DNA of 64,000 nucleotides, taken from positions 24,676,001-24,740,000 of the forward strand of contig OX597820.1 in the NCBI GenBank assembly GCA_951406725.2, in the 5' to 3' direction. The translations under genes were made by a program, and so were the position numbers. Positions 40,601-54,933 of the stretch are shown piece after piece. The notes under the pieces were generated by a model, which did not search any database, was not told the DNA's origin, and saw nothing but the letters and a program-made list of their open reading frames with translations. Positions within the stretch are counted from its first letter, which is position 1. Each line of letters starts with the position of its first letter. This DNA comes from Octopus vulgaris (taxonomy: Eukaryota).

Positions 40601-40847
40601 CTATAATATAAATCATGTATTTATAAGATTTTCTTCCATACGCGTAGCTATGTGGTAAGAAGTTTGCTTCCCAACCACTTAGTTCAGGGTTCAGTTCCAC
40701 TGCGTGACGCCTTAGGCAAATTTCTTCTGCTATAGCCTGAGGTCAACAAACTCAGTGAGTTGACGGCTTTAATATAATAATGCTTTACTCTGCCTTTGGT
40801 ATTCGAGTACTATTCTTTCCACCTTGCTTTGCACACGTGTTGTTATT

Positions 40848-40898
<51 letters not shown>

Positions 40899-41080
40899 AA
40901 TTTAAATAATATATAAATATATGCATATATACATACATATATGTACATACCTGCATATATATGCAGGTATATAAACATGCACGTATGGGTACAGGACATC
41001 AAAAAAACCTTGAACACAATGAGAAACGAAAACATAAAAACAAAAGCATAGAAACGAGATTTTTTAACATACATGCATAT

Positions 41081-41139
<59 letters not shown>

Positions 41140-42454
41140 TAGATAGATAGATATACACGCATACACGTGCATGCGCATACACACACACACCATAGACTTT
41201 GGCAGCAATTCTGTTTACCGAACCTCACTCTTATAATATTGGTAAAAAAAATACTATCAAATCTATTCTAACACACGAGTTCACATTAAGAATCTTACGA
41301 ACCAAATGCAAAAACAAAACAAAATATATATCAAATTTTGCAGCAAAGCCTTGGGGTTTTTTTGTAATGAGGTGTTTCGCAGCACAAATATTAATTTAAT
41401 ATTTGAACTGTAATGTTGACGATATTGTGAAAAACAAAGTGCATTATCTACGATCGGTAGCACATGTAACGTAATCCTGTACAAAGTATTACAAAAAAAA
41501 TCAATACACATACTATGAATCACTAACTGTACTTTTATTTACTTCTCATATAACTGAAAGTGTAGCTATCACCAAGCCATTAAGTGACTCAGGATTTTCG
41601 ACGCGATGCACAAACATGGTTCTTAAGTAGCTTCTGCAACCCATGTCGTCGACGAATTTTTTTTTTGCAATATGGCCTCTTGCTGGCATTCGCTTCTTAA
41701 ATAGGTGTGTTTCATCAATAATAACTATATTCTTCTATTTATTCTTTTAATTGTTTCGAGAACCGAATTTTTGCATCAGTATCAGCGCTCGTAGCTGCTT
41801 TTTTGCCTGTAAACATTATGGCTGTCATAATTCATATACACTCAAGCGTGCACACACACAGAGGCACACTTAAGCTGTTATTGTTTAAAATAAATGTCTT
41901 ACATAGAGACACCTTCCTGATTTACGTGTCATAAAAATAGATGAATATTTCGAGCAGATAACTTTTCTGTAACAGGCGTGTTAAATATTTGTATTTATTC
42001 GTTTATTCATGTCAGTAGGTGCGAAGAATAAAGCTGACTACTTGTCTACCACGTACACTCGCAGATTGCCAGAACTGCTCTCTTATAATTTAAATCAACT
42101 ATCAGCTTTGGACCATAAAAATTGTAGATTGAATTGAACGACCCTTCCCCATACAAACACTCACAAACAACACACACTATACATACACGCGCGCGCGCAC
42201 ACACACGTTTTGAAGGTAGATCTGTGAAAAATGTTTTCCAATATATTTTTGGTTATTTATAATCTCGTGTTTTGTTTCGTAAGTTATTGGTTTCCACTAC
42301 AATATATTTTCAAATACATTCACTTGTATACTATCTTTTCGTTTCGACATATTGGAAAGAGTATTCAAAAGTTATAACACAAACGGGTAACGGGAGAGAT
42401 TGTGAAAATAAAATGTGCAAACGAGGTCAACATGCAAACTATCAGAATGGTTGA

Positions 42455-42866
42455 ATAAATGACCAAATTCTAATACGTCTATTTGAACCTGTGGATTGCC
42501 CATAGTAAAATCGATGTCATTAAAGCACTTTCATAGAGAAATTTCCAATAAGTATATTGAGATTGCATTTTTCACTCTGTGTGTGTACACAAATACGCAC
42601 GCATACACACACATAAACACACACTTACACATATACGTATACCTTTGAATTTCCTCACCTTTGTCCAAAGGTTTTTTTTTTCATTTATTCTTCTACATAT
42701 GAATTTTCAAACCGATTGAAATCGCCGTCGTTTCTTATCAAACCCAACCCACATATTTCACTACCAGAATAGCTCCTTGCTATCACATATGAAACCAATT
42801 CACCGAACGAGATGCCCAGCTATATAAAGCACTGTGCATAAATGACCAAATTCTAATACGTCTATT
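42455..42866. repeat. Inverted copy of 44680-45038 flanked by 29-bp direct repeats
   Basis: ATAAATGACCAAATTCTAATACGTCTATT at 42455-42483 and 42838-42866; the insert is the reverse complement of 44680-45038. Confidence 0.92.
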
Positions 42867-42965
42867 ATGTTAATCGAAATATTAGCGTAGTCATTAAGAA
42901 TGTTTAGCCATTGTTCAATTTCCTCACTACCATTCTCTTTTTCACTCACTTTATGTTACACTAAT

Positions 42966-43003
42966 TTTTACGATGAAGGACTAACGTCCGAAACGGTTAG
43001 ATA
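42966..43003 (+). ncRNA. Decayed minimal hammerhead motif
   Basis: ACGATGA-AGGAC(taac)GTCC-GAAACGGTT-AGAT. Core positions 3-4 and stem I are damaged. Confidence 0.55.
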
Positions 43004-43280
43004 TTTTCTCATACCAACACAGTGAATTTTATATTATCCATGTTATCGTCCTGCTATATTAGCTTACTTTTTGAGCGTCAACTCCATAGCGTGTTACTAA
43101 GTTGAGAACACAGATTTAGTGGAAAGACGTTTTGACGTATATTTTTAGCATACAAGGGATCCATATAGTGACTTCTCATACGGTTTACTTTAAAGAAATT
43201 TACACAAGCATACATAATTACTTAGACGTAAACATAAATCCGTGCGTACCCACATATATATCAATATTTTTCTCCCCAAA

Positions 43281-43680
43281 GGCGGCGAGATAGCAGAGAA
43301 GTTAGCACGCCAGGCGAGATGCTTAGCGGTATTTCGTCTATCTTTACGTTCTGAGTTCAAATTTCGCCGAGGTCGACTTTGCCTTTCATCCTTTCGGGGT
43401 CGATTAAATAAGTACCAGTTACGCACTGGGGTCGATATAATCGACTTAATCCGTTTGTCTGTCCTTGTTCGTCCTCTCTGTGTTTAGCCCCTTGTGGGTA
43501 GTTAAGGAATAGGTATTTCGTCTATCTTTACGTTCTGAGTTCAAATTCCTCCGAAGTCGACTTCGCCTTTCATCCTTTAGGGGTCGATAATTTAAGTATG
43601 CGTTGCGTACTGGGGTCCATCAAATCGACTGTCCCCTTCCCCAAAAATTTCGGGCCTTGTGCCAAGAGAAGGAAAGAATA
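43281..43680 (+). mobile_element. SINE family A dimer (tail2 + tail1)
   Basis: Junction AAGGAATA|GGTATTTC at ~43504-43519. Confidence 0.85.
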
Positions 43681-43729
43681 TTTATCTCTTTGTATGTCCC
43701 GTGTATCATATATGATAAACGATAAACGT

Positions 43730-44535
43730 GGCTCTTTTCAAACCTAGCCAGGCTCATGGGCCCGGTTTCCCATTTTCTGTGAAGTATGTGTACCCCCCAG
43801 CTGGATGGGACGCCAGTCCATCGCAGCGTTACTCAAGAAACAGGAAGAAAAAGTTAGAGAATGTTGTGGCGAAAGAGTACAACAGGGGTCGCGACCACCC
43901 CCTGCCGGAGCCTCGTGGAGCTTTCAGGTGTTTTCGCTCAATAAACACACACAACGCCCGGTCTGGGAATCGAAACCACGATCCTCCGACCGCGAGTCCG
44001 CTGCCCTAACCACTGAGCCATTGTGCTTCCACATCATATGTGATACGCAGGACATATTTCGCTGACATCTATGCATCATACATGATAATCATTCCGATTT
44101 TACTTTTCGATCACCAAAGCAATTTGGGATATATGAATGGAAAGTTTGATATTATTCAGAAAGTACAAAACAAGGTGTAAATAAGAGTCCTAAAACGAAC
44201 ATGGACTTTTAGGACAAAGTTATTAAAATAAATTGGCCAGGCAAAATCTTAAAGGATGTTTGCATGATATAAAATAATAATAAATAAATGCGCCCTTTTA
44301 AAGCCTAACCAGGCTCATGGGCCCCGTTTCCCGGTTTCTATGGTGTATGTGTTTTCCAGCTGGACGGGACGCCAGTCCACCGCAGCGTTACTGATTTTTG
44401 CCAGCTGAGTGAACTGGAGCAACGTGAAATAAAGTGTTTTGCTCAAGAACACAGCGCATCGCTCAGTCCAGGAATCGAAACCACAATCTTATGATCATGA
44501 TGCTGACACCCTAACCACTAAACCACGCGCCTCCA
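43730..44535 (-). mobile_element. Two family B-related SINEs (43730-44030, 44290-44535)
   Basis: Reverse-complement heads and a shared GCCTAGCCAGGCTCATGGGCCC tail. Confidence 0.8.
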
Positions 44536-45161
44536 CATGATACAAAATGGGCGAACATTAATTGGAAAAAGGATTCACTGGAGAATATAAAGAGATATTA
44601 TTCATGATATGTAACTGACAGTGATTTCTCTCTATTGCTAGATATGCTGGCGTCGCCAGAGAGTGAGAAATGTTCTAACTGCACAGTGCTTTATATAGCT
44701 GGGCATCTCGTTCGGTGAATTGGTTTCATATGTGATAGCAAGGAACTATTCTGGTAGTGAAATATGCGGGTTGGGTTTGATAAGAAACGACGGCGATTTC
44801 AATAGGTTTGAAAATTCATGTGTAGAAGAATAAATGAAAACAAAACCTTTGGACAAGGGTGAGGAAATTCAAAGGTATACGTATATGTGTAAGTGTGTGT
44901 TTATGTGTGTGTATGCGTGCGTATTTGTGTACACACACACTGAAAAATGCAATCTCAGTATACTTATTGGAAATTTCTCTATGAAGGTGCTTTAATGACA
45001 TCGATTTTACTATGGGCAATCCACAGGTTACGGGTTCATTCTTCGAAAATTACGAAGTTTCCAGTCTGTTATTGACAGCTCATGTCTTGCTTTCCAGGAG
45101 CAACGAGTGTATATGTTCAAGCACATCATTTAACAGCTTTCTGCCTGAAAATACACACACA

Positions 45162-45234
<73 letters not shown>

Positions 45235-45307
45235 CATTTGATATATTAATATATATATATATATATATATATATTTGATATATTAATATATATATATATT
45301 TGATATA

Positions 45308-45366
<59 letters not shown>

Positions 45367-45374
45367 ATATATTT

Positions 45375-45577
45375 TTTATATTTTACTTGTTTCAGTCATT
45401 TGACTGCAGCCATACTGGAGCACCAACTTGGGCTTATTTTGTAAAGCCTGGTACTTATTCTATCATCAATTTGGCCGAACCGCTAAGTTACTGGAACATA
45501 AACACACCAACACTGGTTTGTCAAGCGGTGGTGGGTGACACATACGGAAATAAACTCATAGATATATACATATACTG

Positions 45578-45649
<72 letters not shown>

Positions 45650-46300
45650 AAGGGGTTCTTTCATTTTCCGTCTACCAAATCCACTCGTAAGGCTTCTATC
45701 AGTCCATGATAACGACAGAAGACACATGCCTAAGGTGCCACTCAGTTAGACTGAACCCAGAACCGTGTGGTTGGGAAACAAGCTTCTTACCACGCAGCCA
45801 CGCCCGGTTAGTCGGCATTATTTCTTTAGGAGCATAGGGCTAGTTTTCCAGTTACTCTGGTGAACATATTACTCCCTAGATACTCTTTTACTCTTTTACT
45901 TATTTCAGCCATGTGACTGTGGCCATACTAGACAACTGCCTTTAGTCGAGCAAATCGACCCCAGGACTTATTCTTTGTAAGCCTAGTACTTATTCTATCG
46001 GTTTCTTTTGCCGAACCGCTAAGTTACGGGGACGTAAACACACCAGCATCGGTTGTCAAGTGATATTGGAGGTGACAAACACAGACACACAAACATATAC
46101 ACACACACATACATATATATACATACATATATACGACGGGCTTCTTTCAGTTTCTGTCTACCAAATCCACTCACAAAGCTTTGTTCTGCCCGACTCTATA
46201 GTAGAAGACACTTGCCCAAGGTATCACGCAGTGGGGCTGAACCCGGAATCATGTGGTTCGTAAACAAGCTACTTACGACACAGCCACTCTTACGCCTACG
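45375..46300 (-). mobile_element. Two SINE family C copies (45375-45805, 45885-46298)
   Basis: Match 10710-11128. Confidence 0.8.
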
Positions 46301-47244
46301 CCTAATTTTTTACCAGCAGAGTGGTCTGGAGCAATGTGAAATGAAGTGTTTTGCTCATGAACCAAACGCATTGCCAAGTCGAGGAATCGAAACCATAAAA
46401 TTATAATCATGAGCCCAATACCTAATCACCAAGCCAAGCTTCTCCACACTCTTTCTCTCTCTTTCTATTTCTTTCTGTATATACGTGTGTGTGACAGAGA
46501 GAGAGAGCGTATCGATGCGTCCATCTATTTCTATATATCGTTTGTCTCTCATTAACTATACACCGCTGAGACGACTGCCTGTTTTTTTTTTTTAAATTTT
46601 GCTTTGATAACATCATGAAATAACTTGTGAGGAAGATATGCGCAGCTCAAAGCCTTCACGACGATGTTATAGTATGTCTACCGACAACGACAGAAGTCAG
46701 CAAAAGAAACTACAGAATATATGTAAATATGATGGCACTCGGTGTTTTGTGTCTGCACAAAAGCAAACATCAAATGCAGTGAAGGTGATGACATTTGGAA
46801 GGGATACGGACTGTGAGTGGGTGAATCGAATTATGGATGGTGGAACGTGCACGGACTGTTTGAAGAAGGTAGCTATTGATTTTTAAAGGAATAATCAATC
46901 AAATTACAAGAGTAGAGAATAATTTGATATACGGTGAAACCCTTACGTCTTCAAAGGCGACTTACATTTGAAAATAGTGGAAGGATGTACTATTTATCTT
47001 GTCAAACAAACGGTGTGTTTGACAGTATACGTACATATATAAGTACGAACACACACACGCACAGGCACATACACACACATACACACACAAATTTGCACGC
47101 ACACTCACACACATACTTACACAATTGCACATCTTTACGTAAACGTACATGCGTACAGAGATACACAAAAATATACTGTCAAAACAATTTTGGAGGCATA
47201 GTTCTGTCTCAATATTTTTATGTATTTACATGTATATGAAGTAC

Positions 47245-47343
<99 letters not shown>

Positions 47344-48439
47344 ATATATATATATATATATATAGATATACATATATATACATACATATCTATACATGAA
47401 TACACACACATGCACACACACACACATACATACATATATAAAACAGAACTTTGTAGCTTTTATTTTTAGCAATATGGGTGTTCGAACACCCTAGTCATAC
47501 TTAGTGACAATTATAGTTTTCTTTTTTTGTAACACATTGCATACTGCTGTCTATATTAATTAAGTTATATATATATACATACACACACACAATTACAATT
47601 GATGCAGCTCAGAACTTTGTCAGTGAAAACGTCGCGGTCTCAAAGTGGCAAAAATATTTTGGCAAATTAAATTTAAATGCTGAAGGGAATTTAACGGTTT
47701 TTTTTGTGTGTTTTTAAATGGCTTATAAAAACATTCCACGCTGCAATTGTTTTTGTTTCAGCACACAATCTCAAATGAGTTCAATAGTTTGTGAAACTAC
47801 AAGGGAAACAAATGAAAAGCAGGACAAGTAACCTAAGGATGAACCTTCATCTGTTGCCGGCTGTCTTTCTACTCCTGATTTCGAGCATTGAACGACAGAA
47901 TGAGTCTTCGAAGACAGTTGCTCCCATAAATACCAAAATAAAATTTGGGATTTATGGAGGGTCAAAGTTGAGAACAAAACCAGGATAGTGGAGACACACA
48001 AGCAAACCGAACAAAAACAAATATGTAGGGCCGTTAGACAAGAAAGAGGGTAAATAGCGAACGCTAGCGAAATATTTTCTTTGAAAACAGAAAACACAGA
48101 GATAGGATACGCCCAGTCCTTAGTACAGTCCTGTTTTCTTTCTCATCCCTTTCTCTAATTCCTCTTTCCTCCCCTTCACCGTTTTCTATCTGTCTCTCTA
48201 TCTCTTCCCTTTTTCTTCTTTTCTTTTTCTCGTTGCTCACACGTGACCATCGTCCTTTTTTCTTTTCCTCGTATTATTTGATCGAACGCAAGTAAGTTTA
48301 TCTTATGTGTATATATATATATATATACACACATACGCGCGTACACACATACATACATACAGCTCTCCCTGTTCTAAACGAACTTACTTATCCAGTCAAG
48401 CGGAAAATACACTCCCTAACTACGCGCTAAAAAGCTATT

Positions 48440-48757
48440 TAAAATATCCACATGACGTCTACTGACCAGCCTGAACAATAAGAATTTTCAACAACACTAT
48501 TTTCGAAAATTCTAAACATTCACGTGACCTCTTTATTATGGCCAATAAGAAATTTTAGGCGGGACACTAGCCAAATTTTAACTTCTCTGGAGCCTTTTTT
48601 CTTACCCCAACACCAACTTCCATTCAAACATTCACGTGACCCCTTCATAATGACCAATCAAAATTTTAGGCGCGAAACCAAGCAAATCCAAAACAACTCT
48701 GGAGCCTCTTTTTTTCACATATAAGAGACAGACTCTAATCTCTCTTTTATATTTTGA
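48440..48757 (-). repeat. Element with ~3 diverged ~110-bp tandem units; possible Helitron 5' end at ~48757
   Basis: AAACATTCACGTGACC..CCAAT..AAATTTTAGGCG..CTCTGGAGCC is repeated. Confidence 0.45.
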
Positions 48758-48892
48758 TAAGCATAACAAATGCGCAACCGGTAAAAAAAACTTTCACCTA
48801 ATTAAATTACTTAAATTACTTCAATTATTTGTCAGCATTTTCTTCATTTCCTTTTTTATATATCACCACTCGTGTTCGACATCTCCTTTTTT

Positions 48893-48922
<30 letters not shown>

Positions 48923-48926
<4 letters not shown>

Positions 48927-49139
48927 GAGCTGCTGAAAAGTCCCTGGCTTCAAGAGTATCGCGAAAGGCCTAGCTGGAGGCTCAACGTTCTGTGTTCTTC
49001 TACATGGCTTAGAAAAACTGAAGCACCGCTGCAATAAGTGTGTGAATCTGAGAGGAGAATATTTTCAATAATATCATAATTAAGTGATCCTCTTGTATTT
49101 TGTTTTTACCAAAAGTCAGAAACTTTTTAGTATCACACG
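48923..49139 (+). mobile_element. Mariner-derived MITE
   Basis: Imperfect TIRs flanked by TA; retains the transposase C-terminus LHGLEKLKHRCNKCVNLRGEY. Confidence 0.75.
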
Positions 49140-49143
49140 TATA

Positions 49144-49365
49144 TACAGTACTTCTTGGTACACCAAACATTGCAGCTGTTTTCGTTGCGCTAGCGCCTGT
49201 CATACAAACACCAACAATTTGACCTCTTTGAAAGTCCGATAGATCTGTCATTTTACTGAATTTTAATTACCTTTTTCTCATGATATCTCAAAAGAAACAG
49301 AAATTTTGGCCAAACATATAAAGCAACACTAATAATAAATCAAAACAACATAAAAATAAACAAGC
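49144..49365 (-). mobile_element. Tc1 transposase N-terminal remnant
   Basis: MTDLSDFQRGQIVG..GASATKTAAMFGVPRSTV (Tc1 paired-like HTH). Confidence 0.8.
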
Positions 49366-50254
49366 TTGTGAATGAATTTGGTAGACGGAAACTGTGAGGA
49401 AACCTATCCTGTATATGTGTGCGTATGTATATGTGTGCGTATCTTTGAGGTCTTTCACTCTCCACAGTTTGACAACCCGTGTTGATGTGTTTACGTCCTC
49501 GTAACTTAGCGGTTGGGCAAAAGCGAAAGACAGAATAAATATCAGATTTGTAAAGGAGTAGTAGGGTTTATAAAAATTAGGCTCCAGGAAATTGCTATAT
49601 AGAATGGTGTGGCATGTTAACCAAAACTATAAACCTTTAATTTATTACAAAATCTTCTTTGTGAAGTTGGGTATCCTAGTATTTAAAGTGTGGCACTTGC
49701 CATCGTACTATCGTGGTCTTAGTTCCTGGTCCGAGCAGTGTGTTGTGTTCTTGAGCAAAACACTTCATTTCATGTATCTTCAATCATTCACACTCAGCTT
49801 TGAATATGTTGAAGCAGTAGATGAGAAGTTAACCCTGCGACGGACTGACGTACGGTTCAGTACAGGGATGTGTAGAAATCTCACTCACTCATACGCCATG
49901 GAAACTGGGTTAAAATTCAGCCTTACGAGTCTAAGAGTAAGTCTACTTGGTTACTATTTTCTTCGTTGTTACAGTTGCCATGTTTTGGAAGTTCACTGTA
50001 TTTCTGTACCCAGCCAGCAAGCCAGCCAGCAAAAGCAGCCAGCAAGCCAGACAACAAGCTAGCCAGCAGTGTATCATGTATAAAAATGATTCTCTAATTG
50101 CAATTTCTAGTCAATGTTGTTTGTGAAGAGATGTTCTATAGTATTAACAAGATTCTTGAGACATTTTTCTTGCTGCTTGCATTTAATGTTTGCGAAATCT
50201 TACATGCAGTATTTGAAAATTGAGCATCTTTTGAAATACCTTTTTTTATTATGA

Positions 50255-50635
50255 GCACAAAGCATGAGATTTTAGAGCAGGAGGCGAATGGATTAAATCG
50301 ACCAGTGCTTAACCGGTACTCATTTTATCGATCCCGAAGGGTGAAAAACTAAGTCGACCTCGGCGAAATTTTAACTCAGAAAGTGAAGATGGATGAAATA
50401 CCTATTTCTTTACTGCCCACAAGGGGCTAAACATAGAGGGAACAAACAAGGACAGACAAACGGATTAAGTCGATCACATCGACCCCGGTGCGTAACTGGT
50501 ACTTATTTAATTGACCCCGAAAGGATGAAAGGCAAAGTCGACCTCGGCGGAATTTAAACTCAGAACGTAACGGCAGACGAAATACGGCTACGCATTTCGC
50601 CCGGCGTGGTAGCGTGTCTGCCAGCTTGCCACCTT
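50255..50635 (-). mobile_element. SINE family A dimer (tail2 + tail1)
   Basis: Junction GAAATACCTATTTCTTT at ~50395-50411. Confidence 0.85.
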
Positions 50636-51373
50636 AAAATCTCTTGAACTATGATAATTGTTTCTGTTAGTTTCGTTACTGTTGTTTTACTGTTTTATGT
50701 TCGTTCTTTAAATATGTTAGATTCAGTGTAGTGAAGTGTAACTCCCACCACTTCGCTGATTAAATTTTTGTTGTTAATGTAACAATTTCATCGTACACAA
50801 ATCAGTCCTTGCAGCATCTTTCTGTTGGCTTATGAAAACAAAATGTGCATTCTATGCCATACGATATGTGGAGAATCCAAGAAAGTATTCCCTCAGTAAG
50901 AAAGCGAGTTGACTTGGTTTCCGTATTTCAGTTAGGTAAATAAAAAAGGTAAAATTACCTTTTCGATTCATGCTGGCTCTCAAGGGCCGGTTTTACAGTA
51001 GCATGGCGTTTATACCCCACCCAGACAGAACGCCAGTCCATCACAGGGTTACTCATATTTGCCAGCTGAGTGGACTGCAGCAACATGAAATGAAGTGTTT
51101 TGCTCAAGAACACAAAGCGTCGCCCTGTCCAGGAATCGAAACCACAATCTTAAAATCATGACTCGAACACCCTAACCACTGGCCACACGCCTCCGCAATG
51201 CACGGTACGGACTATACGTAGTTCCTGCTAAGGGTTAAACATTAAAAAAGTGAGGAATAAAATTGCTAATGTATTGCTATAGGTTTTAGAAATTTGACTC
51301 GGTTCTTACTCATTGACTTACTGATATTTCAACCAAAGCACATTATCTTACTTGTTTTAATTATCCAGGTGTG

Positions 51374-51690
51374 AGGGCGCGTAGCTTAGTGGTTAGGGCA
51401 TTCGGCTCAAGATCGTAAGGTTGTGAGTTCGATTCCCGGCGACGCGTTGTGTCCTTGAGCAAGACACTTTATTTCACGTTGCTCCAGTCCACTCAGCTGG
51501 CAAAAATGAGTTGTACTTGTATTTCAAAGGGTCAGCCTTGTCACTCTCTGTGTCACGCTGATTATCCCCGAGAACTACGTTAAGGGTACACGTGTCTGTG
51601 GAATGCTCAGCCATTTGCACGTTAATTTCACGAGCAAGCTGTTCCGTTGATAGTATCAGCTGGGACCCTCGTCGTCGTAACCGGCGGAGT
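51374..51690 (+). mobile_element. Family B-related SINE
   Basis: tRNA head TAGCTTAGTGG..GAGTTCGATTCC; GTGTCCTTGAGCAAGACAC domain; same tail as the 12539 copy. Confidence 0.8.
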
Positions 51691-51724
51691 CTTTAAATTA
51701 TCCAGGTAAAAAAATTAGACATTT

Positions 51725-51870
51725 CTCTCGCTGTGTGGTGAAAAAGCTCGCTTTGCAACCATATGGTTTCAGGTTCAGACCCGCAGCTTGGGGAAATGTC
51801 ACTGTAGTCCTGAGCTTACTAATGCTTTGTGAATAAATCTGGTAGACAGAAACTGCATTGAAGCCGATTG

Positions 51871-51936
<66 letters not shown>

Positions 51937-52265
51937 TATGTTTGTGTGTATGTGTGTGTGTGTGTGTGTGTTTGTATGTATGTGTGCGTGTGTGTATAGC
52001 TATCTTTGTATTTGTACTCCACCGTTTGACAACCGGTGTTGGTTTATTTACGTACCTGGAACCTAGCGGTTCCCCACAGAGTCCGATAGAAGATATATAT
52101 ACAGGCGCATGAGTGGGTGTGTGGTAAGTAGCTTGCTTACCAACCACATGGTTCCGGGTTCAGTCCCACTGCCTGGCACCTTGGACAAATATTTTCTACA
52201 ACAGTCTCGGGCCGACGAAGGCCTTGTGAGTGGATTTGTTAGACAGAAACTGAAAGAAGCCCATC

Positions 52266-52310
<45 letters not shown>

Positions 52311-52500
52311 TGTATGTCTGTGTTTGTCCCCCAACATAGCTTGGCAACAAATACTGGTGTGTTTACGTCCCGTAATCTTGCGGGTCGCCAAAAGGGACCG
52401 ATAGAATAAGTACTAGGGTTACAAAGAATAAGTCCTGGGGTCGATTTGCTCGACTAAAGGCGGTGCTTCGGCATGGCCGCAGTCAAATAACTGAAATAAA
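51725..52500 (+). mobile_element. Two SINE family C copies (old 51725-52090, younger 52103-52500)
   Basis: Match 35872-36285. Confidence 0.8.
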
Positions 52501-52542
52501 ACAATAGAAGAAAATATATATATATACACACACACATACAGT

Positions 52543-52588
<46 letters not shown>

Positions 52589-53194
52589 TGTGTGTGTGTG
52601 CATGTGTGTACTCATGTAGTTTATTTAATCAAGCCTGACCGTAGGGAACCAGACCACAACTGCAATAATTCAATGCGTCACTTCGCTCCACTTCATTTGA
52701 AGCAAATCTAATAAGAATAATACTAGTAAGGGCTCCATAAACTCCCTTTTGGGAAATATTAAAGACCTTACAATTGCTTAACCTTCCCCCCTCTCTCTTT
52801 CTCTATGTAGTATACTATCGTCTGCCAGCGCCGGCTATCGTCTGCCATCACCCAATGTCCTGCACGATCGCTTGCTTTTCCTTGCTGTTGTTTACGAATG
52901 TCATACTCTGCTATCGCTTTCTTGCCTATCTCTAATGTTGGCTAACAGCCATCTTTTTACGTCCTATAATCCAATTATTCTTCCTTATGTTTCTAGATTC
53001 TTCGAGACATTAGTTTTAATTATAATTTAATATCTCGATATACATGGTCGCAGTCGTCGTCGTCGTCAACACCATCAGCGGCAGCTGCCGCAGGAGCCTC
53101 AGCAGTATCAGTAATTACATCGTCGTTGTTCATCGTAGTTGTGATCGTCTTCTATGATGATCATCAACAATATTAGCATTCTTCGTCATCTTTT

Positions 53195-53545
53195 ACTATT
53201 AACTCCCACCATTACCATCACTATCAGCACCCCTACCCCCACCCCCACCCCCACCACCTCCATTATCATCATCATCATCATCAATCATTATCATAATCAT
53301 TGCTACCTCCAATAGCACCACCACTACCACTACCACCACCACCAACACCACCACCACCATCACCACCACAACTGCCACCAGCACCAGCACCGCCAGCACC
53401 ACCAGCACCATCACCACCACCACCACAACTACAATCACCACCATCACCACCATCACCACCACCACCACACCATAAGTAATACAACCACTATCGTCACTAT
53501 AATCATCATCAAATAGGCTTTCGCCGTCGTCGTCATCATCACCGC

Positions 53546-53587
<42 letters not shown>

Positions 53588-53590
53588 TAC
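53195..53590. repeat. Compound (CAC/CAT)n trinucleotide tract
   Basis: Direct reading of the sequence. Confidence 0.9.
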
Positions 53591-54048
53591 CGCTAAAACT
53601 CTCTTTGTAAGACCGCCACTTTTATTATAGATGCTGGACCGAGCTTTTGCTCATCTTCCAGGCGGTGGACTGGCAGAATCATTACAACGTATGTCAAAAT
53701 GCTTGGCTCTATTTCTTCCAGCTATTCACGTTCTGAGTTCAAATCTTGTTCAGCTCAATTCTGCATTGCATTCGTCCGAGGTTTTTAAAATAAAATGCCA
53801 GTCAAGAAATTCCAGTCGATTTGATCGATTATCCTCCTCCCCCAAAATTCTTCAGGACAGTGGAAGAAGCAAGGACGTGCTAGTGCAATGAAATGAAGTG
53901 TTTTGCACAAGAGCACAACGCACCACTGGTCTGGGAATCGAACCTAGGAACTTGTGATCATGAGTGTAATACGCTAAGCACTTTCCACACACTCCCTCTC
54001 ACACACACTCACATACACACACGTGTGTGTATATATATGTGTGTGTAC

Positions 54049-54083
<35 letters not shown>

Positions 54084-54334
54084 CACACACACACATATAT
54101 ATGTGTGTGTGTATGTGTATATACATAAATATATATACATGTACATACATATACTTACACGCATATGTTTCTACATACGTACATGTATGTATACATATAC
54201 GCAAAGGTAATCTTGTATTGAAAATTATTTATTAATTCTTCAAAACATAGTTATTACTCGTTCCATGCATTTTGTTCAATGTTGATTCACTTATATCAAT
54301 TCTTATATATTTTATTTTCATTCCTATATTACAG

Positions 54335-54933
54335 ACCCTGGAAAACTCCATGATGGTCCAAATGAACAGATCGCCATATTACTCAGGAGAAGCTATGGCG
54401 CTGCTCTTGAGCCGATTCGGCTACTATTGGGTTAGCTTTATTTATCAAGACACCTACTTGGAAGACGGATTCTACACTAGGTTTCTGGAAGAAGGAGGAT
54501 TATACGGTGTAAGAATGTATCTGAATGTAAGCGTTTCCCACGCCGATAACTGGATGATATTACAAGATAAACTGAAAAAAATTCAACAAAGTGCCTTCAA
54601 AATTGTTGTTATACACTGCGACGTGTTCCTTATGAAGCGTGTGGTTCAAATAGGAAAACTCCTTAATCTTTTCTCGCACAATTATGCCTGGTTTTTATCT
54701 GATTTTGCCACTGAACACAATCAATTGGCCGATTATAGTTTACCTGTCGGTCTTGTGGGTCTTGAGAGATCGAGGCCGTACGGTTATGTAACGCAGTTGG
54801 AGAATATACTTCGGACTATAGTCCAGCATTTCCAGTCTGACGGTATATCAGATTTAGCGTATCGGGAATTCTCGCTAAGTGACGTTGTAAATGATTCATA
54901 TATTTTCAATACCAGTTCTGTAAGATGGTCAAG
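54335..54933 (+). CDS. Internal coding exon, LIVBP-like/ANF-receptor amino-terminal domain of an ionotropic glutamate receptor (NMDA-type most likely)
   Basis: Pyrimidine tract + TTACAG acceptor; AAG|GTAAGA donor; 599 nt open. Motifs LLSRFGYYWVSFIYQD, LKKIQ..KIVVIHCD, YAWFL and LPVGLVGL fit iGluR ATDs. A class C GPCR or receptor guanylyl cyclase is not excluded. Confidence 0.8.

Noticed and set aside
46638-46886. 82-aa non-repetitive ORF upstream of the receptor exon
   Set aside because: No recognisable domain, signal peptide or clear splice sites.
53199-53484. Poly-Val / Gly-rich ORFs
   Set aside because: Trinucleotide tract with no splice or domain support.
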